From: Hypanus sabinus
Taxonomy: Eukaryota
DNA: 64,000 nt
Assembly: GCF_030144855.1 (NCBI RefSeq)
Contig: NC_082714.1
Location: forward strand, 94,302,001-94,366,000
Reading direction: 5' to 3'
Each line of letters begins with the position of its first letter. The stretch's first letter is position 1. Shown here one piece after another: positions 13,431-26,560 of this stretch. The notes beneath the pieces were generated by a model. It was not told the origin of the DNA and ran no database searches. It saw only the letters and a list, made by a program, of their open reading frames with translations. The translations under genes and the position numbers were made by a program.

Positions 13431-14189
13431 ATGAATTATATAAATATATGGTCACAGATTAAAGTACGAATAAGGAATAAAATGAACATAAATATTACTG
13501 TACTTATGATCTAAACATGTGATGTTAAAGTGATTTAAATGATTACAGTGTAGTACAGTGACCAGTCAAAGGAGTAGGTTGTTAACTAGTATGGTTGATA
13601 AGATTAACGGTCTGGAGGGAAGAACGTTTTAAGATAGTATAACGTTTTTGTTTTGATAGCTCTATAGAGCTTTCTGGAGGGAGCTTTTGGAAAAGGCAAT
13701 TTGCAGGGTGAGTAGATTAATAAGTGAGCAAGCTTTGAGATCCGAAAAGTTCAGGCTCTCGAAGTACCACAAGTGAACATCTGGTGGCGGTAGAGCGCCG
13801 CGAGTATCTGAATGGGTCATGACCTGAGAAAGAAATTTCACCAATGGGGAAGAAAGTAAGACATAGGTTTAGATTGCGCCTGCCGCTATTCTGGACAGCT
13901 TAAAAAGTGCTTTGCACTAATGAGCTGATTGATAAAAACTGGCATTCCTGCAATACATTAAACTGAGTGGCTAGTGGCAGTTTGGACCATCTGCTGCGTT
14001 GAAGATTTTTGAGAGGTCGCTGTCCTATAGATAGGTCCATGGTTAAATGCAAGAAATTTGTATTTGAATTTGAATTGAATTAACTTCATGTCTTACATCC
14101 ATCACGTACATGTGGAGTACAAATCTTTACCTTTCATCTCCGTCTAAATGTGCAATGTGAAAAAATAGTAATTTATAATTAATTAAACA

Positions 14190-14620
14190 ATCAATATAGC
14201 ATAGACTACACTCAAATCAACGTCAGTTAATCAGTCTCATGGCCTGGTGTAAGAACTGTCCCGGAGTCTGTTGGTCCTGGCCTTTATTCTGTGGTACCGT
14301 TAACCGGTTGGAAGCAGCTGGAATAGCTTGCGGTTGTGGTGACTCGTGTCCCCAATAATCCGACGGGACCTTTTTACACACTTGTCCTTGTAAAAGTCCT
14401 GAATCATGAGAACTTCACAACTACAGATCCGCTGGTCTGTCTATACCACTCTCTGCAGAGTCCTGCGGTTCAGAGAGGTACATTTTCCATACCAGGCATT
14501 GATGCAGCTAGTCAGGATGCTCTCAGTTGTGCCGCTGTAGCAAGTTTTTAGGATTCAGGGCCCATACCAAACTTCCTCAATCTTCGGAGGCGAAAGAGAC
14601 GCTGTTGTATCTCTTACCGC
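14190..14620 (-). mobile_element. Rex1/Babar LINE 3' fragment
   Basis: Degenerate resemblance to the Rex1 RT C-terminus and 3' end seen in other copies in this window. Confidence 0.6.
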
Positions 14621-14980
14621 CAGAATACAGAATTACCTTTATATACCAACTCTTCCATTCCCGTTTTCTCATTTACTGCTAACCTCCAGTAATTTGCGAC
14701 TTCAGTGCATAGGAACATTCACATGAGGTAGCAGTTCACATGGAACAAGTGTAGGAGAGGAGCCATACCAGATACGCAGGTCCAGAAAGGTAACACGACA
14801 ATAGCTGGGAGCCACTCAGAAACACACAAAGTGAAAGAAGCCGATTAACAACACTGGCAACAGGACCTCTCGATCCAGATACAAAACCTCCGAAACAGGG
14901 ATGTTTTAAATGTCTGTCAGGGAAACATGATAACATAACACACAGACACCGGAGTAGACCATTCGGCCTCCTCCTCCCAC

Positions 14981-15940
14981 TGTCATGGTCCGGATCGGTT
15001 CCCCTTTAAATTTAGTTAGGTTGCGATCCGGACCATTGACTCCTTGTTCCCTTCTAATTCTGTTTCACGTATCCCTTGAGCTTGGCAATCAAGGTAATAT
15101 ACCCTCGACCCGAACCGGCAGTTTATAAGCCTCTGGCTTTAGCCGTTCGGGGCGAGAGTGTTGAGAAGCCTTCGCAAGTCGTCTCCGATACGACAAGCCA
15201 GAGTTATCCAGCCCGCATCGGAGTACCAGCAATTCACCTTCCTGCGCCAGAGTGTAGTCCAGGGTCCTCAGCGAAGGGAAAGGAAAGCAGAGCCAATTGA
15301 ACAGAGGCTGCCCCCAAGTAATGAATGGCTTCTGATGCCGTTGCTTGCGCGAAGAGGTCGTGCCCCAGATTCTGCTGCAAGGTGAAACTCGAGATCACCA
15401 GGAAACATAAGCTATTCACCAGCCATCTTCAGTAAAGTGGAAAATACTTCCCCAATAGTGAAGTCAAAGAAACAGGAGATATTTCGTAAGTTGAATTCCT
15501 CTGGCGGCGGGGAGTCTGATATTGCTAATGCTCAACCTGGGAATGAGATATTTAACCTTCCTGCGGTTACCACATCAGGTGCGGTTTCATACAAGACAGG
15601 CGGAGTCCTGACTCGACGTTCATGCCCCTTGTCCGTGTCTATCCCTGGAAGAGTCCCGGCTCAATGTCTTATCTGGAGGCGGAATCCCGGCTCGACGTTC
15701 CTGCCCGTTGTCCGTGTCTACCCATCGAAGAATCCCTGCTCGGTGCCTGAGTTGAAGGCGGAGTTCCGGCTCGATGTCATGCCCAGTTTCTGTGTCTACC
15801 CCCCGAAGAAGAGTCCCGGCTCGGTTCCTGATTTGAAGGAGGAGTCCCGGTTCAAGATTCCTTGTCCTGTGTTTTGCTGTCCACGTTTCTGGCTGCAGCG
15901 ATCCATGGTGTCCACGTTTCTGGCTGCGGAATTTTAACAG
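14981..15940. repeat. Probable LTR-derived sequence containing a 13-bp hairpin and an internal ~80-bp tandem repeat
   Basis: Starts tgtca; inverted repeat atggtccggatcg (14985-14997) / cgatccggaccat (15024-15036); tandem units start at 15599, 15678, 15757 and 15838. Confidence 0.5.
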
Positions 15941-18003
15941 TTTAAGATATCGTTGAAAACACTGGAGCAGTCAATCGCGTCTAAACAGTATAAAACATCA
16001 ATAAAACACCTTAAAGTTTAAAGGATTAGCTTTATTTGTCACATGCACAAGGAAACATACAGTGACGTACAAAAAAGCTGGATGAACTCGGCAGGTTGGG
16101 CAGCATCCGTTGAAAGGAGCAGTCAACATACCGAATTCTCTCAGTTTTACGAGGACATTCCGTTGTAATATCCTTCTGTGCAATTCAGAACTGCATTGGG
16201 TAATTGAAGCCATGTGACAAATGAAAGGTACCGTAAAGATGCAAGCAAATTCTTGTTTTTATCGCTCTTCATGCGTTCGACATGAGAACGATAGCGCCGG
16301 CGTTAGGTTAATTTCAGTGCATGCTTCTCATTTTTCAGGTTTGCAGCAAAAATACTGCTAAATGTTCAAAGTATATTTGTTATCAAAGTATGTATGCATC
16401 ATACATCCTTGAGAGTCACCTCCTTACAGGCAGCTACAAAACAATGGAACCCAACAGAACCCGTTAAAAAAGAAAATAGTGATACAGATAGTTCAATGCA
16501 CGATAGAATCAAAAAGCATCATTTTCCTGGTTGCTGAGAGGTTTATTTTCCACAATTTGCACTGCATATGCATGGCAGCAAGCAAACTAAAATTTATGGT
16601 GTAGTAAGTCGTAAATTATACTGGGTATAAAAGAATGGTTCTGAAAGGTGAGCACTAATGATGTGGTAGCGGTAGAACTCAATCATTCACGGGGATGCGG
16701 TCAGTAAGCCAGATTCAGCAGGGAAACAAAGCAAAATTCCCTTTAGTGCAGCACTTATCATATCCTGTTTAGCCCCCTACCATCAGGCAGAGTTACCGTA
16801 CGATTAGAACAAGGTCTGTTAGACTGGGAAACCGCTTGTTCCCCAACCCTCACTCCCCCCAGTTCCCAAGAGATTACTGAACCCTCTGCCACCAATGCTT
16901 CAAAGTTCAAAACGCTATTATTAAAGTACTCTGTATAGAACCCTGAGATTTGTCCTCCCGTGGAAAGAAAGAAACACCATGGAGCCGGTTTCAAGAATGG
17001 AAAAACATACACACAATAAATTATATCAAACATCCAAAACGCAAAAAATGAAAAATAATCGCGTAAACAACTAAAAGATAGCAAATAACATAGAAAATGT
17101 TAAATATTAAATCGCAGAGTTCCTGACATGGTCTGGGAGAAACTGTTACCGATTTAGTTTAGTTCAGCGCTGTGCTGATACTGCAAGCCACATCCGCAGA
17201 GCTATTTTCGCGCCAAATCGTTGAAAATGTAAAATTAAAGTAAACAAGAATAGTTAGAACATGAACTGTAGACTTTCCAAAACTGAACCCACATCCGTGA
17301 TAATTCCACCGTGAAGCAACTATAGGACACTTCCGTTTGTGAAATGTTCTCAGACAACATCCTGTCGTTTTGGTCTATGTACGGTATTTTGTACAACCGG
17401 CCCGGAAGGCCTATATAGAGTCGAGATGGAGAGAGTGTTTTCTATACCAGGTGAGATTGGTACCACAGCATCGAAATAGAAGGGCATCATTTAGAAAATA
17501 AATGAGTAGATATCTCTTTAGCAAGAAATCTATGGAATTAATTGCCGCAGACGGTTGTAGAAGCCAAATCATAGGGTAAGCTTAAAGCAAAATTGGTAGG
17601 TTATTGATTAGTCAGCGTTTCGAAATAAATCCCAGTCCCGAAGAAAAGTCTCAGCCTGAGACATGAACTGTTTACTCTGTTTGATAGATGCTGCCTGACC
17701 TGCCGTGTTCCTCCAGCAATGAGTCTGTTGCTTTTAATTTCGTGCATCTGCAGACTTTCGCCTGTTGCGAATTATTATTCTGGCCAGTTCCCATCGATTT
17801 GCATCGAGATAACAGCGTTCCACACCCCTTCCATTCATGTACGTACATTGTTCCAAACTTGTCTTATCACTGAGAATCAAACCCGCATTCTCCCCTTCCA
17901 CTGGGATCTGGCTCCACATTCTCACCGTCCTCAAAGAAGTTCCCCTTCAGGATCCCCTTAAATAGTTAATATTTCACAGTTAACCCATGATCTTTATTTC
18001 TAG

Positions 18004-18550
18004 TGTAACAACGTGGCAATGTTTTCACTGCTAAAGTAATCATCTTTCTGCAGAAGCAATGTTTGGGTTATGATTAGAGATAACGTGTACTTTGGAATCT
18101 GAGCCGTGCAATGAAAGGAGTCTATTTTCGTGTTGTGTTGTGTGAACTGGGTATTTTGTTCGGCCGGAAATGAAGGGAAAAGGCACCAAAGAGAAGAGTT
18201 CACAACAATCAAACCGGAGCCAGTCCATGATTCGACAAAGTCCAGGGAGATCAAAGGACGATCGGCGAAGGGGACACTGTGAGGTCCACACTGTGCATAT
18301 TAGACTGTTTCATTAAAATGGGCCCTTTACTTTTCTTTTCTTTTCTTTACTAGCCCTTTAGTCCAACTCAGAATTATAAAGCTAAATGCTTTTATTGTAT
18401 GCCGTGTTCTGTCTGTTATTTCGTGGTACTTATTTGTAATGGGGTAACGAATCAAGTTACATCCACATAAATAAGGGGTTTATCGCACGCTTGGCGGGGC
18501 CGAAGATTGTCTTCCCTAGACTTATGCAGCCGACGGAACCCGAGCGTTTC
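18004..18550. repeat. Probable solo LTR
   Basis: Starts tgtaac, non-coding, LTR-like composition; right end and TSD not clean. Confidence 0.4.
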
Positions 18551-19329
18551 ACCAGTCTAAGCCAACCTCAAGTGAAAACCCGACTTGCAACGATTGCATC
18601 GCAACCCCATATCATTTTGAATAACCCTGCCAAATCTCCTCTTATTCTCCTGCAGTCCAGGGAATAAAGTTATAACATATTCCAGTTCAATAACAAATTG
18701 CTTTCCATTTCTAACACTCTCCCACGGGACACTGACTCCTCAGACGTTCACCTCTTCCAGCGCCCCTGTGTAGTTAGTTCGGATTTTCCTCAAAACGTGC
18801 TAACCTGCTTAGCACAGGTGGGATGAGGCATTGAACATTAGCACGCAGCAGAGGAAAAAACCTCTCTGATGTTGCAGCCAGCGACATCTTATCCAGTTGC
18901 CATGTTTTGCTCCAACATGTACCAAGTGGTAAGGAAATGAGTCCAGATGTTGAGCTTCTCGTTATTCATTTGGAAAGAGCTGAAGAGGCAGTCTCTGGAT
19001 GAACTCTGTAGGTTACGGTCACTGTGCAGACGATGCCAACCTCTGAGAAAAGTTGGGTATGTGAATGCTGTGGCAGCCCAGTGTATAAAAAAGTTATGGC
19101 ACTCCATTTTTTTCCAGGTACTCGTCGCATTACGAAACTCGGAAGCAACTCCAACACCCTCACAGACCAGGAAACGAAACGACATGAGATGGGCTAATTT
19201 GTGCATAGCAAAGTGTCATAGATCCCAACATGACTGCATGTGTTAATGTTCTCGTGAGGACCTGAGGAAGATAAATATTAGGCCTAAAGCTTCCACTTGC
19301 CAGCATGTGCCCATTCCTTTTATAAATGA

Positions 19330-20235
19330 CCGAGATGAGGAAGTGGAGGGATAGGTTAGTAAATTCGCTGTTGACAGCAAGTCTGGGGGTGCTGCGGACC
19401 ATGTAGGTGGTTGTCAGATGTTACAGAGAGACAGTCATAGGACGCAATCTAGGCTAAAAATTGCAGATGGAGTTCAACGCACTTAAGTGTGAGGTGGTTC
19501 ATTTTGGTAGGTCAAATATGATGGCAGAATACAGCATTAATGGGAAGACTCTTGGCAGTGTGGACGGTCAGAGGGATCTTGGGGACCGAGTACATAGGAC
19601 ACTCAAAGGTGCTACGCACGTTTTCTTTGTGGTTAAGAACGCATATGATGCAATGGCCTTCGTCAATTTTTGCATTGATTTTAAAAGCCGAGAGGTAATG
19701 TCGCAGCTATAGAGGACTTTGGTCAGACCCCACTCGGAGTACTATGCTCAATTGTCGTCTCCTCACTCCAAGAAGGACGTGCAAACCATAGAAAGAATGC
19801 AGAGGAGATTTGCAAGGATGTTGCCTGGATTAGGGAGCATTACGTATGAGAAGAGGTTGAGCGAACTCGGCCATTTCTCGTTGGAGCGACGGGGGATAAG
19901 AGGTGACCTGATAGAGGTCTACAAGAAAATGAAAGGTATTCAGCCTGTGGATAAAAAGATGCTTTTCCCCAGTGCTGAAATGGCTATCACGTGTGGGCAT
20001 AGTTTTAAGGTGCTTGGAAGAAGGTACAGAGGAGATGTAAGGGGCTTTTTTTTACGCAGAGAGTGGCAAGTGCGTGGAATGGCCGCCGGCCGCGCTGTTA
20101 TCTACGGCAACGACAGGGTCTTTTGTGAGACTCTTGGATGGATACATGGAGTTTAGAAAAATAGAGAGCTATGGGTATGCTTTGTGGGCAGAAGGGCCTG
20201 AATGGCGCTGTTGATTTAGTTTTTATGTTTCTATA
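19330..20235 (+). mobile_element. CR1 LINE 3' fragment
   Basis: ORFs MQMEFNALKCEVVHFGRSN.. and VRPHSEYYAQ..RGDLIEVYK..GHSFKVLG; tail atgtttctat. Confidence 0.92.
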
Positions 20236-21419
20236 TTTCCAATCCTATCCCTCGAGAATGTCCATGTGAGTTTGCTTTGAAAATTAATTTTAAAATCGTA
20301 AATCCCACGGTGCAGCACTCCTTCCTCTCCGCAACCATGGTGTGACTCTCCCTCCTACAGTCGCAATACAGTTTAACCAGAGTCGTTCAAGGCTGAGTCC
20401 TCGATGTCATCCCGGGTGAACACCACTCTGTACCGATTGACAACCACATCTCAACCACAATCATCATCAGCACGATACAGTTCCATAATCCTAAACGGAT
20501 TTTTTTCCTGAAGTAAACGATAATATCAGAAGACATCGGAACACAATCTGGGCATCGATTCTGTGCAGCAACTCTTCATGGTTGATTTATTATCCCTTTC
20601 AAGACTATCCTCCTGTCTTCTCCTTGATGTCTTTGAAGTCTCTAGTAATCAAGAATCTATCAACTTCCTCTTTAAATATGCAATGATTTTGCCTCCACAG
20701 CCACCCGTAGGAATGACCTCCCCAGATTCACCACCCTCTAGACAAAGAAATTCATGACCATCTATTTAAAAAAGAATGTCCTTCATTCCTGGATTCTCTC
20801 AATATAGGAAGCATCCTCTTCACATGCACTTTGTCCAGGGTTTTCAATACTGGATCGGTTTCAATAAGATACACTACCATTCTTTAAAACTAATCTAATC
20901 TCCAGCGAATACAGGCTAAGGGATATCTTTCAGGGTGGGAACATCCTTGTGAACCTCCTCTGGACGGTCACAGATGCCAGCACATTGTATCTTAGATAAA
21001 GAAAAAAAATATTCAGTAATGCAAAGTAATCCAACAGCTTCTTTTTCGAATTAGACCACTCCCTCAGACGAGGGTGATATCAATTTCGGACAGAAATGGT
21101 CAGGCATTTCTTGAGCCAAAAGGTGAAGATCCTTGGAAATCATTGTCACGGGCGACTGTACCACCCAGGTTATTAGGTATTTTGAAAGCAGGTTGATAGG
21201 TTTGTGATTAGTCAGGGTGTCAAAGGTTACGGGGAGCCGGAGAAAGGGCTTGAAAATCATAATAAATCAGCCATGGTGAATGGCTGAGCAGTCTCAATGG
21301 ACCGAATTCTAATTCTGCCCCCATGTCTCATAAAGTACCAAATGCAGTAGCTACTCAGTAACACCTCAGAGAGGACGATAAGCGGGCACGTGTAGGGATG
21401 CCGTTGGAAACGACGTTCT

Positions 21420-21830
21420 GCACCTTCCGCTGTTATTACAGAGAGCCCCTCCAAGCTGTTTTTGAGCCTAATGGTTCGTGCTTTCGAGCCTTTGTATATT
21501 CTAATCGATTGGAGAGGGGAAAAGAGCGAATGTCCTGGGTGTATGGTGTGTTTGAGTAAGTTGTCTGCTTTACTGATACTGGTTTCCCTGATATCCTGCG
21601 TTGTGTCTAAGATTCTTTGCAGTTTTGTATGTCGATGGTCATAGCGTCCGCCGTAGACCTGTTTCGATGATAGGTGAATTGCAGTGGGTGGAGGTTTTGT
21701 GGCAAGCGAAAGTCCTACTTGCCATGAATAGCTCATCGATGCGCTTCATGAAGACAGGTGTCAAAGCCACAGTGCGGTGGACTTTAAGATGATTAATATT
21801 GTTTTTTTTTCCCCCTGTCTACCGGAGCAA
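21420..21830 (-). mobile_element. Rex1/Babar LINE 3' fragment
   Basis: KLQRILDTTQ..HPGHSLFSPLQSIRIYKGSKARTIRLKNS, typical of the Rex1 ORF C-terminus. Confidence 0.8.
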
Positions 21831-23400
21831 TGGTGGTCTACATAAAGTTGAAAGGAAATGCACCTTAATGCGAGAAGATGCTAAATATTTCAGTCAGTTC
21901 ATCTGCAGGATCTTAGTCATAGACACAATCGAGGTCCAATTCTTCTGCCATAAACTAGAATGTGTGCTGAATAGGGTGTTGCATATACCTGAGGACCTGA
22001 TTTAGAAGGAAAGCTTGTGTTGATTAGGACTATACTCTGGAACAATAGAGTTTAAAAAGTGAGCTGCTGAATGTGTATAAGATCATGCGGTGCATAGACA
22101 AGACGAAAGAACATCGAATGTACAAAGGGAAAGGGTGAGGAGACCAAGAGGTTACAAGTTTAAGATCATATGCCAGTGATCTAAAGATAAGCTCAGTAAC
22201 AGATTTTCCACACAAACAGTAATGCGTATTTTGCATGAGCGTCTAGAAATAGTGCTCAAAGTCTATTTAATAACACAATTTAAAAGCTATCTCGCAAAGT
22301 AGAAAGATTGTAGCTGTTTCGAGGTCTATGGGGTAATGACGAGAAGGTGGGACCAGCTCCCTGGCAACACAATGGGCTGAGGTGCCTGTTACCGTGCTGC
22401 AGACCTCCATGACATCGCGATGGCTTCTGAGAAAGACACATAAATTGTTTCTCCTGACCGACTTCCGATAAGCAAAGATTCAAATAATGAGCTTTGTGCA
22501 GGAGGAATTAAAGTCCAAAGTCTCTGGAAAATTTTCAATGAATAGGACATTGTACAATACAGCACAGGTACATTCACTTCGGCTCACAATGTGTCTCGTA
22601 TGTGTGAAGATGATCCATTTACTCGGAAACGACACAATCGTATCCACATTCAGTATCATCATATATCAGCCTCACTTAATCTTTCAAATTACTAGTAGGT
22701 TGTCTCTCACCCTCCTACACTCCTGAGATAGTAAACAAAGATGTCCAACCTCTCTATATAACTCATGCCGTCGAATCCAGGCGGAATCCTTGGAGAGGTT
22801 TTCTGCACTCTTTCTAAAGTATTCACATCCTACAAGTAATGGAGTGCCAGGAAATGCAGACAATATACAAACAGCTGCTGAAGCAAAATTTTCTGCGCGT
22901 ACAAATGACATGCGACTATTATTATCAATGCACTGACCAATAAAGGCAATGATTGTATATGCATTCCTCCAATCTACATATGAGGCGACTGAGTTATGGA
23001 CTTTGATCCCATGATCCGTCTGTACATTTCTGTATATCAGTGTCCTGCCATTACCGGTCTACCTTACTCTTATACTTGACAACTTTTGGGGTAACTTAGT
23101 TTCATTAAGAAAAAGAAGCAGTGTGGGTCTTATTTCCCGATTCATTACACCACACTCGCCCGGAACAAATCAATACCCAACACAATAGATTCTGCAGTTG
23201 CTGGGACATGCACAACAATGACGGATGAATTTAAAAGGTCAGGTTATGGAGAAGTATAAACTGTCGACATTTCGGGCCGATACCTGAAATAACGGCACAA
23301 TCGACGTTTTCTGTCGCCCAAATCTGCAATTGGTCTATATTTTGTTGCATCCTTTAAAGCCCCTTAAAGAAGTCTCAGCAGCAGTCTCTGAGGAATACCA

Positions 23401-23545
23401 NNNNNNNNNNNNNNNNNNNNNNNNNNNNNNNNNNNNNNNNNNNNNNNNNNNNNNNNNNNNNNNNNNNNNNNNNNNNNNNNNNNNNNNNNNNNNNNNNNNN
23501 NNNNNNNNNNNNNNNNNNNNNNNNNNNNNNNNNNNNNNNNNNNNN
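23401..23545. other. Assembly gap (N run)
   Basis: N run. Confidence 1.
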
Positions 23546-23749
23546 ATATTAGAACCAATTAGTGCAATCAGTTAATCAACGTAATTGCTTTGGAATTGCG
23601 CCGAGGGACAGTGAACATATTCCTTTGTTTTGAATCCCATCTATACAAATTATTTCATTCATTTCAATTTCTTTGTAAGCCCGGAGGAAATCCCGTGCGA
23701 AATCAATCCGCGTTGCCTTCTGTGCCGTGTTCAGACGAGAAGTTAACCT

Positions 23750-24440
23750 GAAGCCTGACTATCCTTTGCCACTCCTCTGAAAGCAAGATAAAGTGATTCC
23801 GTCCCGTACTTGGCTCCAATATCCATCCTTCCAGTCCAGTCAGCATTACATAGTCGGTTTGTGGGAACATCCTGTGTAAAAATTGGTTGGTGCCTTTTCA
23901 ACATCTGAATTTTCATTGCAAGAGCCTTCATTGTGTATTTAACAACCTTGGAAGTAATCAACAATCCATCAAGCTCCTCTTTAAATATACCCAGTGACCT
24001 GGACTCTGCAGCCGCCTGTGCCAATGTATTCCGACGATTCACTACCCTCTGGCTGAGAAAGATGCCTCTCATTTCTGTTCTAAAGGTACATCTCACCCTT
24101 GTGATGCCGTGAACTTTGGTCATAGACTGTCCCACTCTCGGAAACCTCCTTTCCACATCCACCCTTTCTTGGTATTACAATATTCGTTGTGTTTAGTGGA
24201 TCACCCTTCATTCTCCCACACTCCATCGAGTACAGGCCCGGAGTCATCAGCGCTTCTCAAATGACAACCGTTACATTAATGGGATAATTCCCGTGAACTT
24301 CCTCTGGACTCTCGGCAATTGTAATGTATTCGTTCATAGATATGGGGGCTGAAATCTGTTCACAATACGCGAAGTGCGGTTTCAACAATCAGTTATAGAG
24401 CCCCAGCATTCTATTCTTGCCATTATATTTTCGCTGATGA
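23750..24440 (-). mobile_element. CR1 LINE 3' remnants
   Basis: ORF 23743-24162 DVERRFPRVGQSMTKVHG..FRTEMRGIFLSQRVVN matches the CR1 3' end. Confidence 0.75.
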
Positions 24441-25983
24441 CCTCTAATTTAAATTTCCGGCGCCCTCGCCCACGCCCGCTTCCAATAAAGCAGTCGTCAT
24501 TTGGAAATATCGGCACCGACTCTATCGAGCACATTCCGATTTAAAATTAACCCCGATGAGGTCGCCTCTCCCACCACCCACTCTCTTTCCTTCTCTGGAG
24601 AAAGGCTTCCTGGACTAATGAAAGTAGAGTACTCCAAGTGTGATATGACCGCTGCGAGTAGACGTGTATCTTTTTGTGTTTGCAAACCAAGTTCCATCTG
24701 CATATGCCTGGCCCCGCGTAAACAGGAAATCCACAGCGCGCTTCTGTCTGTTTACAATACAACTAAACATTTATTAATATGCATGTATTTCTTTTACATC
24801 AATTACAAAGGATCTCACTCCTCCCTTGCAGCAACCATACAAACCGATGAACACGAGTTTGCGATGAACACCTAGGTTTTAACTCGGTCACGAACAATGA
24901 GATGCTTCGCACATTTTGTTTTATCTTACCTATTGCAAGGGGAACGATCCGAATTTAGAGCGGAGAAGAGTTTAGCAGCTGTTTCAGACAGAATTCAGAA
25001 TAAATTCTGCTTAATTAATAAGGTTTCTAATACGAGGGCAAGAATTCAAGGTGAAAGCGGGTAATTTCAAAAGAGATTTGAGGGGCTGGGTTTTCCCACA
25101 GTGAGTGGTGTTTGCCTGGACAGCGCTAGTGCTATGATAGAGACAGACGCATTTGGAGCTTTTAAAGGAAGTTTAAATAGGTGCATTGCTGTGAGGAAAA
25201 TGGATAGTATGTAGACAGAAGAGCTTATGTGACAATTCATTACTAATTTTATTGGTTTAGCACAACGTTGTGTGTTGTATTGTTCTATGTTCTGTGTTCT
25301 CTGTTTTGTTTAAATACCGATAGTCGATAATCCGAACAGGTAGAATTAGAAAGGTAGATTAGTCAAGAGCGATGATGTGGTAAATTTGTTCTTACCCCAC
25401 CGAGGAATGCAGTAAATGGAGGGATGTCCTATAGAGTTTTGGATTTGGATAAAACTAAGGGAATGGGCAGCAGGTAGTGCAACTAATAGTTCAGTCTGAG
25501 CCTACTCCTCTTTCTGTCTTTCAAAGAGGCAATTTGTTAAAAAGATGGGTGGGGTGAAATCAACCCATGTTACCTGTGATCAGATCTGATCCCAAAAAAA
25601 TTATACCAAGCAACTGTGGTTTGAAAGCAGGGCTAGCTGTTTGGAATGGGAGAAGGGGCTCACATTTTAATTTAAAAAATGCAAACTATCGTGGTCTTCA
25701 GCACATGAAAACGGCCCAAATGAGTGTGAGACAGTTTCAATTGTTGACCAGACGATAGTTGAAATCACAACCGCACACCGGTTCAAGGCTACTCACACTT
25801 ATGCGCTCAGGTTGAAGTGCATTAAATTGGAGTCGGTAATGCGTTGGCTGGAATGTGCAGCGCACTCTCGTAATTGCTCTAAACTGCACATCGGAGCTTC
25901 CAATATTCATCTGCATTTTATCTTTAATAATGTCAAACCACCAGGAAGGCAGACTGTGCAGAAATCACTCTCTCCCCCCTCAG

Positions 25984-26300
25984 TTACAGTGTCTCAGACC
26001 GCCTTGTTCCGTTCTCCGCCGAATCAGCCCGCCCGTGTCGTGAGTCCGGCCACTCTAAATTGTAGCCAGGACCTTGGCTTGTTTTATTCTATAAACTGGA
26101 ATAAACGGAGTAACCTATGTCATCTGCGGTTCAGTTACATAGTGGGCTAATTCGTAGATGCGGAAGGGAGGTTCATGGAACAGGTATACGAAGTGTCGGC
26201 CCTGGTGACGGAAAAGATAGAGCGAAATGATTCTGGGATCTACTTCTGCGCATACCATCTCTGAGGCGAATTCGGCAATGGTCACGAGTAACCTATGGGA
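25984..26300 (+). pseudogene. Germline-joined VJ-type Ig V exon (pseudogene)
   Basis: Acceptor ctctcccccctcag|TT (phase 1). One frame reads VTVSQ..VVSPATLNCSQDLGLFYSINWNKR..IVG*FVDAEGRF..EKIERNDSGIYFCAYHL*GEFGNG: B-strand Cys, C-strand Trp, DxGxYxC and J motif FGxG, with stops at 26148 and 26262. Confidence 0.78.
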
Positions 26301-26322
26301 ACAAGTTCATTTATTTCTACAG

Positions 26323-26560
26323 ATAAACGGACCCGTTTTCTTCTTAAGCCCATCACCCCTACTGGGGCAAAAGCGCCTACAGCAGCTCGCCAGGCTTTTG
26401 TCATGGGCCTCTTTCAAGTTGTCTCCGTGTGTAGCCCTGTTTAGAAGGTCTTCCTTTTCCGGGGAGATTCTTTTAGCGGTTCTGTTGCACTGGAGTCTTA
26501 AGAGAATGGATTGCTTGCCCCATGTCCAGCAGTCCTCCTTTCGCAGCCATGCTTAGGGCT
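26323..26560 (+). pseudogene. Degenerate Ig C1 exon following the pseudo-VJ exon
   Basis: Acceptor ttcatttatttctacag|AT; the phase-1 frame gives ..AFVMGL..GDSFSGSVALES*ENGLLAPC. A stop lies where the W of W-x7-C is expected (intact gene: DGSYSVRS..WINGGVSSC). Heavily decayed and partly deleted. Confidence 0.5.

Noticed and set aside
13643-13713. J-like AFGKG followed by a gtgagt donor, with a nonamer-like cgtttttgt upstream
   Set aside because: No heptamer at 12 or 23 spacing, only three codons after FGKG instead of TxLxV, and it lies downstream of the CL exon; consistent with chance
20340-20520. Acceptor-like site followed by VVQG*VLDVIPGE, vaguely V A-strand-like
   Set aside because: No Cys, Trp or F-strand motif follows in any frame
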